A stretch of 64,000 bases of DNA. It comes from Antechinus flavipes. Lineage: Eukaryota. Below, piece by piece: positions 1 through 13,800 of this stretch. Position 1 is the stretch's first letter. Each line of letters begins with the position of its first letter. A program made the translations under genes and the position numbers. The stretch is taken from assembly GCF_016432865.1 (NCBI RefSeq), contig NC_067400.1, positions 624,030,001 to 624,094,000 on the forward strand, written 5' to 3'. The notes below the pieces were generated by a model. The model was not told the origin of the DNA. It made no database searches and saw only the letters and a list, made by a program, of their open reading frames with translations.

Positions 1-600
1 GCGGGGCATGGCGTGGGTAGCAGCCAGAGGAACCGGCTGAGCCCCACCCCGCCCATCTGGAGTTCTGGCACTAGTGGGCAGCGCGCAGAGAGGGAGCCGC
101 CGTCGCCGGGACCTCCTGAGCGCACCAGTGCCGAACCGGGCGCCCGCTGCCCCTCTCCCGCCGGCCAGCCGCCCGCCCAGCTGGGACCCCGCCATGGAAG
201 GCCCCTTCGCGTCCCGGATCGCTGAGAACTCCGAGGTGGCCCTGGACGTCAGGTGAGAGCTGGGGGAGGGGCTGCGGCCGGAGGCGCTGTCCAGCGGCAG
301 ATCCGCCCGGGCTCCGGGCGGCGCGCGCCCCGCCTCAGCTTCCCGCCCCTCGCGGCCCGGCCGGGCCCCTTCCCCGGCGCCCGGGGCTCCTCGCCCTGCG
401 CCGCCCGGATGCGGCCGAACCTTCCATTCTTCCTCAGCCTCTGACGTCCGAGTCCGGAGGTCACCGAGACCCAAAGCTCCCGCCCGGCCTCCTGCCCCAC
501 AGCCCCTCCCACCCCGGAGACCCGTGGGCTCTGGAGCACGAGGGACTCCGGGGAGAAGCGGAGCCAGGGACGCCCGGTCCGGGGGGTCCTCCCACACATC
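1..600. promoter_or_regulatory. CpG-island promoter and first exon of SULT2B1
   Basis: Very GC- and CpG-rich, with GC boxes, surrounding exon 1 and the donor AG|GTGAG at 253. Confidence 0.7.
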
Positions 601-3600
601 CCGACGGCCTGGGTACTTCTCCGCTCTCTCCCAGCGGCCGAACCCCTCCGGGGTCTCCTCCCTCATCTGTCCGCGTGTCTTCCCTGCCTCTGCTCTCTTC
701 TTGGATTTTTCTGAGGCAGTTGGGGCTAAGTGACTTGTCCAAGGTCACACAGTCTGAGGTCAAATTTGAACTCAGGTCCTCCCGACTTCAGGGCAGGTGC
801 TCCACCCACTGCGCCCCCTAGCTGCCCCCTGATCTTTTCTCCATCTCTGATTCCTCTCTCAAATTGTTCTCATCCCAGATCCTTTCCCTCTGTTATCTCC
901 CCCATCTTAATCCTTCCTCCGAGATCTTAGGTTTAAGAATTGAGAAATAGTAGGAAGGAACTTCCCAGGACATCCAAGTGCAATCCTCTGGCTGAGGATG
1001 ATGCAAGATCACACCATATGGGAGCTGGTGGCCCCAACAGGATCTGAACCCCTTGACTTCCAGCCACTCTATACTGCTTTAAGTCTCTCGGTGAGGGCCC
1101 AGTCCTCCTCTGGTCGGCCTTGGGGAGGCCTCCTTTTCCTCTGATCACTCCGGGTCGTCTCTTTTTCCTCTGGACGGCTCTGGGTGCCTCCTTTTCCTCG
1201 GATTGCTCTGGGGTCCTCCCCTTTTCCTCTGGATGCCTCCGGGGTCATCCCCTTTTCCTCTGGACGCCTCTGGGATGGCCTCCTTTTCCTTTCTCTCTAT
1301 AGTGGTCTCTCCACTCGTCCCCAGCGCCATCAGCAGACTTCTGGCCTTGATCTTTCCTTGCCTTCTGATTCCTGGCGTCAGTCCCCTCCCGAGCCACGAT
1401 TTCCCGCTCCAGTCTTGGATCGTCCCTCCCTGAGCCTTCCCCTCCAGTGTCCGCCGTCCCCTTCCGACCCCTCTGGAAACCCCAGTTCTTCTCTCAGCCT
1501 TTTCGGGGTTCCAGCGCCTCCCCAGTTCTTCCATGAACTCAAATGATTAAATCAAATACTATTAAAGGCCCGCTCAGGTCTCAGGCACCGAGAATACAGA
1601 ACTCCAGCCTGTCCCTGCCCGCAGAGAGCTTACGCTCTGGGACAGGGGCCAGAGCAAGGGCAGGGGCACCGCCTGTGAGGGGCAGGGGCCAGAGCAAGGG
1701 CAGGGACACCGCCTGTGAGGGGCAGGGGCCAGAGCAAGGGCAGGGATACAGGCAGGTTGGAAGCAAGCTCCTCTTCCCCAGATCTTCTCAGCATGGGGAG
1801 GCCTCCCCCGGTTTCCCCAGAACCTGGGACTCTTTATCTCCCATTCGGTCTCTGCTTTGTTATGATGATCCCTGCCCTTATCTCGGTGGCGTTTCTGGTT
1901 CTTCCTCCCTCCCACTTCATTCTCCCGTGAGCCTTCCTTCCTCCCTCCCCACCCCTTCCCCACTCCCATCTCTTTCTCGCCTCGGATTCTCCCTTCTGCT
2001 TTCTGGGGATCTCTCAGGGCTTTCCTCCTTTGGTCTCTCCTCCATGACCACTCTTCCCTCTCTCGGATGGAAAATCGGCCATTGCCTCCTGGAAAGTCTC
2101 CACTCTGGCCATCGCATCATCTTCCATTCTTCTTTATTGTCTTTTGCTCATCTCTGATTTCTGCGCTCTCTCGTTCCCACCTGGGATCTCTTCCTTCTGG
2201 ATCTCTGATTTCTCCCTCACAATCTCCCTGTGATTTTTTTTATTCCCCCCTTAAATCTCTCTGTTAACTTGTGATTTCTTAGTTTCTTCCCTCAGGCTCT
2301 CAGTCAGTCAACGAGCATTTCTGAAGCACCTACTGTGTGCCAGGCTCCTGGCTAAGTGCTGGGGATACAGAGAGGTCAGAGGCAGTCCCCGTCCTCCCTT
2401 CAGCGCTTTAGTCGGCCCTCCCCCACACCCGCATCCGTCCTTCCTCCGGGATGTGCTTTCCAGCTCCTCCAGTGACCATAGAGAGCCAGGCTTCCCCCCT
2501 TTACTGCTCTGCAGCTGGTCAGTTCTCCCCCCGCTCGCCCCCAGAGTCAGGCCCGGACAGCTCATCTTCTCCAGTCCTACTCCGACTCCTTATGCTTATC
2601 TGACCCTGGGCAGCCACTCACCCCTTTTTGCCTCAGTTTTTTTATCTGTAAAGGGAGCTAGAGAAGGAAATGACCAACCTCTGTCTCTCTGCCAAGGAAA
2701 CCCCAAACGGGGTCACGGAGAGTCAGCCACGAGTGCACACAACAGCAATAACATATTTGTGGCACCCTGACCGGCTTCGGCCAGGCCTCCTGGCCCAGGG
2801 GCCTGGGAGACGGCATCGGGCCGCTGGCAGGCTTTCTCAGGGCTTCCCTCTGTCCCCTGGGTGTCAGCCACTCCAGGCCAGGGCCCTCCGGTCAGGAGGG
2901 GAGGGGGCTTTTCAATAGCTTCAGTGGCCACCAAGTCCAATCCCTCATTCTACCGGGGAAGCAAGACAGGCCCGGGCGGTCCTGCTCCAGCCTGACTCCC
3001 CCGGAGGGGGATCTGGAAGAAGGAACGGGTCCGAGGTGATGATGAGGAACAGGACCACCGGCCCGGGGGGAGGGGGGCAGCCCTCCACGGCTCTCCAGGA
3101 GCAGCCCCCTTATCCAACCAGCTCCTTCAGCCTCTCCCTGAGCCCCTCCTCGGCTGCCTGTACTTTCCTCAGGTTGTTTTGTTTTCTGGGGCCCAGGAAC
3201 ATCTGGTCTCCGGTCCCGGGCCAAAGGGCCGGCAGCTAATCCTCAACAATGGCCTCGGACATTCAGATGTGCATGGGGCGGCTCTGAAAAAGCCCGCTCT
3301 GCTCCGGCCCCTCCGGGGGCAAACCCTGGGGCGCACAATGTCCAGCTGTCGCCGTGTTCCACAGAGGGACTGGCCGTTGCCGCCGTCGCGAGTCAGCATC
3401 TCCTCCCGCGAGGGCCAAGCCCCGGGTCCAAGCCCAGCCGTGTCGTCCCCGCCCTCAGTAATTCTCATTTAGCACTTTCTTGTCTCATTTGATCCTCACA
3501 CCCACCTAGGAGATGGGTGCTTTTGTTACCTCATGATGAAGAGGAGGAAAATGGAGAGGAAATGACCTGCTCTGGGTCACACAACTCATGTCTCATCACA

Positions 3601-6250
3601 TCTGAACTCAGGGCTTCCTGACTCCAGATCCAGCACGCTACCCATCCTGCACCTGGGCTGAGCCCACGGAGACCCTCGGTGTCTGAAGGCTCAGTGGCAC
3701 AGGAATTAGAGCTGGAGAAGCCCTAAGAGATAGTGGAGGCTGACCCTTTCCTTTGACAGAGGAGGCCCCGAGTGGGAGGAAAGCAGTGGGAGGCCGGGTA
3801 GCAGAGGGGCACAGGGAGGGGGCAGGATGGTAAAGGGGCACAGGGAGGGGATAGGGTGGCAGAATGGTGCAGGAGGGGGCTTGGGTGGGAGGCTGTGTGG
3901 CAGAAGGGGCACAGGGAGGGGCAGGATGGTAAAGGGGCACAGGGGGAGGCAGGGTGGTAAAGGGGCACAGGGAGGGGGCAGGGTGGCAGGGGGCACAGGG
4001 AGGGGGCAGGGTGGTAAAGGGGCACAGGGATGGGTTAGGATGGCAGAGGAGGACAGGGAGGGGGCAGGGTGGCAGGGGGCACAGGGAGGGAGGGAGAGAG
4101 GCAGGAAGAGACCAGTGGCCCCCTGCATCCCAGTTCCCTTTAATAACCCATTTTGAATCTGCTGCCGGTGAGCCCTTTTTGAAGTTATTTCTGTTTCCAG
4201 CCTCTTCCGCCTGGGAGAGGTGACTGGTGTGTCAGATTTCAGTTCTGGCCTAAATATTCCTCTTCAGAGCACTGGGGGCCTGGTGGGAGGTGGGGGCAGG
4301 TTGAGAAAGCTGGACCTTGGGGACCCAAGTGCCCCATCCTGTCCCACTTGCTGGAGATGTCTGCTGCTGCCCTTTGGGGCTGCGCGTGACTCCCTCAGTT
4401 TCCTCCTTTGTCCAGCTGGATTCAGGTCAGGAACAGGCTTCCCAGGGATTCTGGTCTTGCCGCTCGACACTGAGCAAGGCTGCCCCCCTTTCTGGGCTGT
4501 CTCCCCGCTCCGGCTAAATACATGGATGAGCAGCATCCAGCTTAGCTTAGTCCAGCCCAACACCCGTTTGCTTGTATCCAGAGTCCTTCTGGCTTTGGAA
4601 AAGGATGGTTCTGAATCTGGATCTGGGGCCCCCGACTGCGGGAGCTGGAGGGACCCTCAGCAGGCCCCGGTCCTCCCCCTCCACCAAAGGCACTAACTGC
4701 GCCGTGTCTGAAAAGTGGCCGCCCGGCCTCCACAAGGAGGGAGTCTGACCTGCTCCTCTCGCTCAGTCGTCTCTCAGCGTGTCCAGCTCTAGGCGACCCC
4801 ATTTAGGGGTTTGGGTTTTTTGTTTGTTTTTGTTTTTTTGACAAAGAGACCTGAATAATCTGCCTTTGCCTTTTCCTTCTTGTTTGACAGATAAGGAAAA
4901 TGAGGCAAATAGATGAAGTGACTTGTGCAGGGTCACACAGCTGCCTAAAAGTCAGTCAGTGTCTGAGCTGGATTTGAACTCAGGACGAGTCTTCCTGACT
5001 CCAGAACCAATGTTCTGTGCACTGCGGTGCCCCTAGTGGCTCAGTCCACTTGGAACAGTACTGATTAGGAGGAAATTTTTCCTGGAGTCAGCTTAATTTT
5101 TTCTCTTCCTAACTTCCTGTGTTTGCTCCTGGTTCTGCCCTTTGGAACCAGATGTACTCTGTCCGTTCAACGCCTCTTCAAATAACTGCAGACAGCCTCC
5201 ACACCCCAGCCCATCCCTGTCTAATCTTCACGCCCAATTTCTACCGCTCCCCACAAGACAAGGGCTTAAGACCCTTCACTCCATTGCTTTTCTGCCCCTA
5301 GAACTCCCCAGCGTACGAATGTCCTTCATCAATCATGGCGCCCAGAACTTAGCACAATACTAATGAGGTCAGACGACTTCCACGTACAGTGGGACTATCA
5401 CATTCCTATTCCTAGAAGCCATGGCCCTTTTAATGCAGTCCAAGGTTATGTTACTAGCAAAAAAAAAAAAAAAAAAATCACACATTGGCCATATTGAAAG
5501 ATGTGTGTTTCATCCCTCTATTTTAGGAGGTGGGCAACATGGTTCATCATTCATCCTTTGGAAGACTGGTTTGGTCAAAGTTCCAAAGCCTTTCCGAATT
5601 GTTGACATGTTATAAATTGTTCCACTTATTTCAATTTGCATCAGTTCATACAAGTCTTTGTAGGTTTCTCTGAAGTCACTCCTTTCATAATTTTTGGCAG
5701 CATACTAATTTTTCAATAATTTGTTCAGCCATTCTTTGCAGAACATAATTACACATCGCTTTTCAGAATATGTAGACCAATTCATAGCTCTTTCAATAGT
5801 GCATCAATGTGCCTGTTCCTGTAGCCTCTCCGATATTAATCATTTTCCTTTTTTGTCATCATTGTCAATTTGATGAGTATAAGTTTCTGAGACTTGCTTT
5901 AATTTGCATTTATCTAAATTTAGTCATTTGGATTGTGTTTATTCATTTATTTTTGCTGAGGCAATTGGGTGCATCATGTTTAAGATAGCTATTGATAGTT
6001 TGAATTTCTTCTTTAGCACTCTACCTCTTCTTATTCTTATGACATTTATTAATTGGGGGGTGACTCTTGTTCTTCAACCGGCTATTATTTTTATCTTAGA
6101 AAGGAGACTTTAGGGCAGGGAGGTGGTGCAATGGATAGAGCATCAGCCCTGAAGTCAGGAGGACTTCAATCCTGAGTTCAAATCTAGTCTCAGACACTTA
6201 ACACTTCCTGGCTGTGTGACCCTCAGCCAGTCACTTAAACCCAATTGTCT

Positions 6251-6281
<31 letters not shown>

Positions 6282-7837
6282 GAAAGAAAAAGAAATTAGA
6301 TTTTTTTTTCAGTTCAGAAAAACCACAAATGATTTTTCCCCAGTTAACTGTTTCTCTTCTATTTTTAAATAAATTGACTTTATTTGTGCAAAAAACTTTG
6401 TTACATAATCAAAACTCTTTTATCATCTATGATTCTCTCTATTCCTTGTTTGCATACAAACTCTTCTTTCTTCCATAGATCTGAAAGATAATTTCTTCCT
6501 TGTTCCTCTAATTTGTATATGATGTGACCTTTTATATCTAAGTCACTAATCTATTTGTAGATTGTCTTGGTATCTGATGTGAAGTGTTGATCTAATTCTA
6601 ATTTCTGCCAGACTGCTTTCCATTTTTCCCAGTAGTTTCTGTCAAATAGTGAATATTTACTTCAAGACTTGGAGTCCTTGGGTTCATCAAACACAAGATT
6701 ACTGGGTTCATTTGCTTCTATATGTCATGTACCTAATCTGTTCCATTGTCCATCTTTTTATTTTTTGACAAGTACCAATTAATTTTGATTACTACTTTAT
6801 AATATAGTTTGAAACCTCGATTTCCTTCATCCCCCCCCCCCTTTTTTGTTATTTATCTTGAATACCTCATTATTTAGCTTGGATATCTTGAATATTTTTT
6901 GCCTCCATATGGATTTTATGATATTTTCTAGTTCTGTCATATAATCATTTGGTAGTTTGGTAGTATATTAGTATATTGGTAATCTATTAATTTAGATGGT
7001 ATTGTCATTTTATTATATTGTCTCAGCTTACACAAACAATATTTCTCCAGTTATTTAGGTGTGCCTTAATTCCCCAAAGAGAGGTTTCTAATGGTTTTCA
7101 TATCATCCCTGTATGTTTTAGTAAGTAGAACCAAAAAATTTTTTAAATAATTTCTATAGTTATATGAAATAGAATTTCTCTTTCTAGTCCCTTCCTCTGA
7201 GTTTTGTTGATAATACATGGAAATGTTGATAATGCGTTCTGATTTATTTTGTATCCTGTAATTTTGCTGGTTATTATTTCAATGAATTTTTATTTGATTT
7301 TCTAGGGTTCTCTGAGTAAACCATAACATCATCAACAAAAAGTGACTATGTTCTCCCTTGCCTATTGTTAGTCCCTCAATTTCTTTTTGTCTTATTTCTT
7401 TTCTTATTTCTATAGCCTGTCTAGTCCTGTATCAAATGATAGTTGTGTCAATGGACACCTTGACTTTACCCCTGATCTTTTTGGAAAGGTTTCTAGTTTT
7501 TCCTAGATATATATGATACTGGCTCAGTTTTTAATAGATATTGCTTACTCTATTAAGGAAAGGTCTTTTTATTCATGGATATTTTAATGCTCTGAAAAGA
7601 AACAGGTATTAAACTTGTGTTTTTGTCAAAAGTTTTTTCCCCCTGCATCTAATGATATATGATGTTTGTTCTCATTTTTGCAAATAGTTTCTGTAATGGG
7701 AGCAGCTAGGTGGCACAGAGGATAGAACACCAGCCCTGAAGTCAGGAGGACCTGAGTTCAAATTTGGTCCCTGACACTGAAAAGTTCCTAGCTGTGTGAT
7801 CCTGGGCAAATCACTTAATCCCAATTGCCTCAGAGCA

Positions 7838-7870
<33 letters not shown>

Positions 7871-10800
7871 TTTCTGTAATGGTGGAATAGATTTTTCTGT
7901 GAATCTTCAATAATTTATTTGTAAATTTGGTTATTTTGGGGATTTCTTCATTGAGAGTTTACTTATCATTTGAGGTTTTTATGTCCAAATATATGGTCAA
8001 TTTTTGTATAGGTTCCATGAATTGCTGAGAAGAAAGCATACTCCTTTCTGTCTCCATTCAATTTTCTCCAAAGATCTGTCATATCTAACTTTTCTAGTAT
8101 TCTATTTACTTCTTTGACTTCTTTTTATTTATTTTGTGGTTTGATTTATTTAATTATGAGAATGCAAGGTTGAGATCTCCCATTATGATAGTTTTGCTGT
8201 CTATTTCTTCTTGCAGCTCTCTTAATTTGAGAGTTTACTTAGGAATTGGGCAATCTCTTCCCCTACCCCTCACTTCCAAAATTAAGTGATTTAAATGAAC
8301 TATTTTTTGTTCTGTTTTTCTAGGTATTTTTCATTTTTGTAAAAAATTTTCCATTTCATTTAAGTTGTTGGTTTTATTGATATATAGCTGGGTAGAACAG
8401 TTTCTAATATTTTTCTTTATCCTTTTCATGTATTGTGAGGGAAAGCATTTATATAATACCTACTATGTGCCAGGAAGTGTGCTAAGTGCTTTTTAAGAAT
8501 CCTTACAAAAATGTGGGAGATTGGCACTATTTTCATTCTTATTTTAAGTTGAGGAAACTGAGGCAAGCAACAAGTAAGCAATCTTCCCAGGGTCACATGG
8601 CTTTTAAGTAACTGAGGCTGGATTTTAGCTCAGATCTTCTTTCAGACTTCAAGACCAGCACTTTTGTCTACTGTGTACCCTACTATGGACAGCTGTTGTA
8701 AATTCTCCTTTTTTTTGGTAATCTTATTTTCCTTGTTCTTAGACAATTAGACTTGGCTGAAAGATGTAAACAAGGAAGCTACAAGTACCAAAGACATAAA
8801 TTAATATTGACACTAAGCAATACTAAATTATAGTTTTTCTATTTCTCTCTGAAGTTTTTTTTAACTCAAGTATGGGATATTAAATTAATGATTTACATAT
8901 TTTATTGATATTTCCAATTTTTTTCTTAGTTTTATTTATTTTTCTTTTTTTGCTTCCAATTTTGTTACCCCTTTCAATGATTTTCAGATTTTTTTTAAAA
9001 TGGGGTTTTTTAGTTTATTGAATTTTAGGTTTTTCTTAGTTGCCTGCCCAATTCATTAATCTGTTTTTTCTTTATATTGAGAGTTTCTCTGTATTTCTCT
9101 TATGCCCTGCTTTGGCTTCATCTCAAAAATTTTAACTTGATCATCTCTTATTATTCTCTAATAAATTTTAATATTTTCTCCCATCAATATAATTTTATTG
9201 CACTTTAAGTAGCAAAGGAAATTTTTAATTTTTCTAAATTTGTTTGTGATGTTTTTATGTCCTAATACCCATTCAATTTTTGTAAAGGTGTCATGTGAAA
9301 TTGAGAAATATGGCTAGATCTTTCATATTTTATTTTTTAAAACTTCTGTGCAGATCCTTTATTTCATTTTTGTTGCTTTTTGTTTGTTTTCTCTAAGTCT
9401 GAAAGGGATACATTGAAATTCTCCACTTATCATTTTATTGTCTATTTTTCTCTGAAATTCATTTAACTTTTTATTTGAGTCTTGGATATCCCCAAAGTCT
9501 CACTATACTTTTCTGTTATTCAAAACTTAAAACTGCAGACTTTGGGGGTATCCTGTACTTAAGCTAAATAAATTTTAGGGAGAAATAGAACAACTATAAT
9601 TTAGTATGTCACACCTCAACATTAATTTGTTATCTTTGGTACCTGTAGTTTTCATGTTTACATCTTTTTAACCAAGTCTAATTTTACATTCGCCTCATCT
9701 GAGATCATGATTACTATTCCTGGCTTTTTAAACAATTGAGGTGAGGAATAATAACCCCTTATTTTAACTCTGTATGAATTTTTATGATTCCAGTGTCTTT
9801 CCTGTAAATGATATATTATGACATTCTGATTTCTAAAACATTCTAGTATCCTCTTCCACTTTATGAGTGGATTAATCCTTCTTACATATAGCTATAATAT
9901 ATCCCTCTAGCCTTTTCTCAAGCCTTTTCCTCTCTCCCCCTCAGCTCTATCTTTATGAAGAAGAGAGGAGTGAGCAATGAGCAGCACTAATGAATTTTGC
10001 TTGCTGTAATCTTCTTCCACCTCCTTTCCCCAAACAACTAATCATATGCCTTACCTTTTCTTTCTTTTCCTTTAAGTCCTCCAAGGCTGGAGGTTTTTTT
10101 TGTTTTTAGTTATGACTACTATATCTCTGAATTTATCTTCCCTGAAATTTCCCCATTTCCCTTTTTCCCTATCCCATTCTTCTCTATTTTTGCATTGAAC
10201 TGAATGTATTTCTATACCGTACTATATGGGTATACATATTATGACCTTTGACAAGTTCAGATATGAGGTTCAAGTAAAGCCCATCCCCAATCCCTTCCTC
10301 CTTTTTTGTATAGTCTTCTGCTTGTTCATCTAGATTGTATGAAATTGTAAATAAACACACACACACATACACACTCTTATGTAGAATATTCCTTTCCCTT
10401 CCCTTTTCTTCTTTTAAGAGCATCAAAACATTATAAACTATTTCCCAGAACCCTCTTATGTCTATCACAATGACCTGTGGTATTTCTTCTAACACTATTA
10501 ACTGGCATTTACAGAGCACCTTAAGATTTGCAATGTTTTACATTTTATCTCGTTTGATCATCACAAAAATTCTATGAAGAAGATAATTTCCCCTCACTTT
10601 ACAGATGAGGAAACTGAACTAAGAAACATTAAGCAAATAATTCTTTCTATTTGCCCAAATGTAGTTACCTTTTTGTTTGCCTGGGTAGATAGTTTTTGTT
10701 CTAAATCTGTATGTTTTGCCTTTGGTCATATTGTTTATCCAAGCTCTTCTCTCTTTTAGCCCAGAAGCCATCAAATCTTGTGTGATTCTGAAAACAGCTT

Positions 10801-13800
10801 CTCAATGTGTGACCTAATTTTTTTCTTTTCTGGATCCTTGCATCATTTTTTTTTTCTTTGACCTGGAAACTCTAGATTTTGGTGGTGACATTCTGAGATC
10901 TTTTCATTTTAGAATTTCTTTCAAGAATTGATCAGTGAATTATATTTTTCATTTGGCTTTCTCTTTCTAATAGGTCAGAGAAGCTTTCAATTATATCTTA
11001 AAATATGGCATCCAAACTAACTTTTTTGGTTTTGGCTTTCATGTAGTTTAATAATTAAAAAAAAAATTCTCAGTGACCTGTTTTCCAAATCAATTGTTTC
11101 GATATAAAATATCTTATATTTCCTCTCCTTTTTAAAAAAATTTTTTGGCTTTCTTCTAACATATATCCTAGGTCCATGAAGTCATTCACTTCTGTCTTAT
11201 TCATTCTAATTTTGGGGAAATCATTGAATGAGTTAGGTTTATACATAAACTGTTCATTTTCCTTCCAAGACTTTCCTCTAGAGTAGTTCTTCCTTTTCAG
11301 ATTCTTTCCACAAGAGATGTCATTTCATTTATTGGGAGTTCCTAGCTCTGTAACAGCTCTTACGTGAGTGTCTTTATTTTATTTTATTATTCTTTTATTA
11401 TAGCTTTTTATTGACAAAACATATGCATGGGTAATTTTTCAACACTGCTCCTCGCAAAAACTTCTGTTCCAACTTTTCCCCTCTTTCCCTCCACCCTGTC
11501 CTCTAGATGGCAGGTAGTCCCATACATATTAAATTTATTAAAGTATATGTTAAATACAATATATGTATACGTATTTATACAGTTATCTTGCTGCACAAGA
11601 AAAATTGGATTTAGAAAGAAGGTAAAAAATAACTTGGGAAGAAAAACAAAAATGCAAACAAACAATAACAGAAAGAGTGTAAATGCTATGTTGTGGTCCA
11701 CAGTGAGTGTCTTTTTTGTTGTTGTTGTTTATCCTTTCTTTTATCCTTAATCCCAGAATTGAGAGTTTGTGTTAGGGCTACGCTCTGAGCTTTTATGAAA
11801 GCAATGTCTAAATCTTGATGGGTCCTAAATTTATTCTCTTGGAGCCTTTCTCCAGGTATTGATTTCTGTGTTTTCCAAGGATAAAAGAGGTGGCTTAGAA
11901 ACCTTCAAGCTTTTCAGAGCATCTTAAGCAGTCTGAATGTTTGATTGCCACCTTCCTAGACTGAATTTTATACACTCTTGATCCCACTTTGGGTCTGGTT
12001 GAAACTTCTTTAGTCTGGCCCAGAGTTGGAGCACCAGTAAGCTACTTCTGGCCCCAGGCCAGGCTCTGCCAGCTTAGCTAGAAGGGTTTTCAGGAGCAAG
12101 TGACAGACTACAAGTTAGTCTTCATCTTTGCTAGGGCCCCTGCTTCCTCAGCTGTGCTCCTTAGAGCTGAATGTGCAAACCCCAACAGAAGTCAGAACCA
12201 AACAGCAGTCGTTGCCTCCTTTTCCTGCTCTTTGTTCAATGTAACCTTAGGCTTGATTTATACTCATCTGTGACCTTTTTCTCAATGCATTTTATACTAG
12301 TGACCCAGCTTCTGGGTCAACAGACTAGTTTCTGGATCAATGGACCCAGCTGCACAGCTCAGATCACTGTGCCGGATCAGTTCCCATGCTGGAAGGAAGC
12401 ATGCAGATATGTATCTTCCTGACTGAACTCTTCCCATTAATCCCTGGCCTCCGGCTATATACTTTTGCTGACCTTGGCTAGAAAAATTATTTATTAAAGA
12501 GAGATTCTTCAACCAGTTTTCTTGTATTTCCCAATCACTACTTTGTCAGGCGACTTTTCCTTAAGCAATATGGAGCAGTTATGAGATTTCTTCCTATTTT
12601 GGAATCTGCTGATTTCTATTGAATTTCATCTTAAGACCCTTTCGATTATGACTTTGTCATCCATTCTGCTAAATATCTCTTCCAATTTTGTGCCATCTGC
12701 CATTTTGATGAGTATTCCACTTGTACCTTTGCCCAAGTAAGCAATAACATGTTAACCAAATATATACCCCCAGGGGCACTCTGAAAAATCTGTGAAGCAC
12801 TAATCATTAACCATTAAGCTCTTTGAATCTGGTTATCCAACCATGCCTGAATCCATCTATTATTGACTAGTCCACTTTTCCCCATCTTTTTCACAAGAAG
12901 AAGTTGAAGACACTCTATCAAAAGCTTATTAAAATCCCATGAGGAGGAATCGTTAAAATCTATTATTAAAATTATTAAAATCTAAATGAACTGTATCCAT
13001 AGTACTCTCCTCATTTGTCAGGTTAATAATTCAGTCTTAAAAAGAAAATGAGGTTGGCTGAGCCTAACCTGAGCTTGATGAAGCAAGGACGGCTCTTTGT
13101 TTATTTTTTCTTTACCTTTTTTTTTTGGCCAGGCAAGTGGGGCTAAGTAACTTGCCTAAGGTCGCACAGCTAGTAAGAGTTAAAGTTTCAGAGGTCTCAT
13201 TTGAACTCAGGTCCTCTGACTTCAGTGCTGGGGCTGTATCTATTATAGCGCCATCTAGCTGCCTCCTGGGCCGACTCTTTGAAATCACTGCTTCTCTTTC
13301 CATCTCTCTAATGATCCCTTCCAGAATTTTGTCAGAATTCAAAGTCAAGTTCACTGACCTAAAATTGGCAGCTTCTGCTCTCTTTCCTCTGGAAACAGAC
13401 GTTTTGTTGTTCCTCCCTCATTATCCACGATCATTTTTTTCCTGGTCTTTCCACCGCCAAGGCCATTCTTCTTTACAAAAATAAAAAATCAAGAATCGAG
13501 CAGTTACATCCACCATAAATAGAGTTCCTTTTTGAATCCTCCTTTTTTCTACCAATGTAGTTTTTTTTAAAAGATTTTTCAAAATGACTCAACTTCACTT
13601 AGCATTTTCAGCTAGTTGTGGGTTTTATTACTTCTGATGTTACTTTTATAAGATTAAATAGAAGCCATTCCTTATAGTCACCTTCTATTTCCTGATCTTG
13701 CTTCCGCCAGTTGATTGGGGTGTTCCCTGCTCATCTACATACATCTCTTCGGCTAGATGTCACGTTTTGTGAGGAATAACGATTCCTCCTCATGGGAATT

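Larger units (their letters stand above)
5470..12500 (-). mobile_element. Old, decayed, near full-length LINE-1 in SULT2B1 intron 1, with nested SINEs and a younger L1 fragment
   Basis: About 7 kb of T-rich, AT-rich sequence typical of antisense L1 with no intact ORF. ORF1- and 5'UTR-like sequence lies toward 10800-12500. Boundaries are approximate. Confidence 0.65.

Noticed and set aside
4185-4225. 19-nt micro-exon candidate (TTTCCAG|...GAG|GTGACT) in SULT2B1 intron 1
   Set aside because: The donor is weak, inclusion would shift the frame, and exons 1 and 2 already join in phase.
6113-7870. tRNA genes suggested by A/B-box-like motifs (GAGTTCAAATC)
   Set aside because: These are heads of tRNA-derived SINEs with SINE bodies, tails and TSDs; I could not build a cloverleaf.
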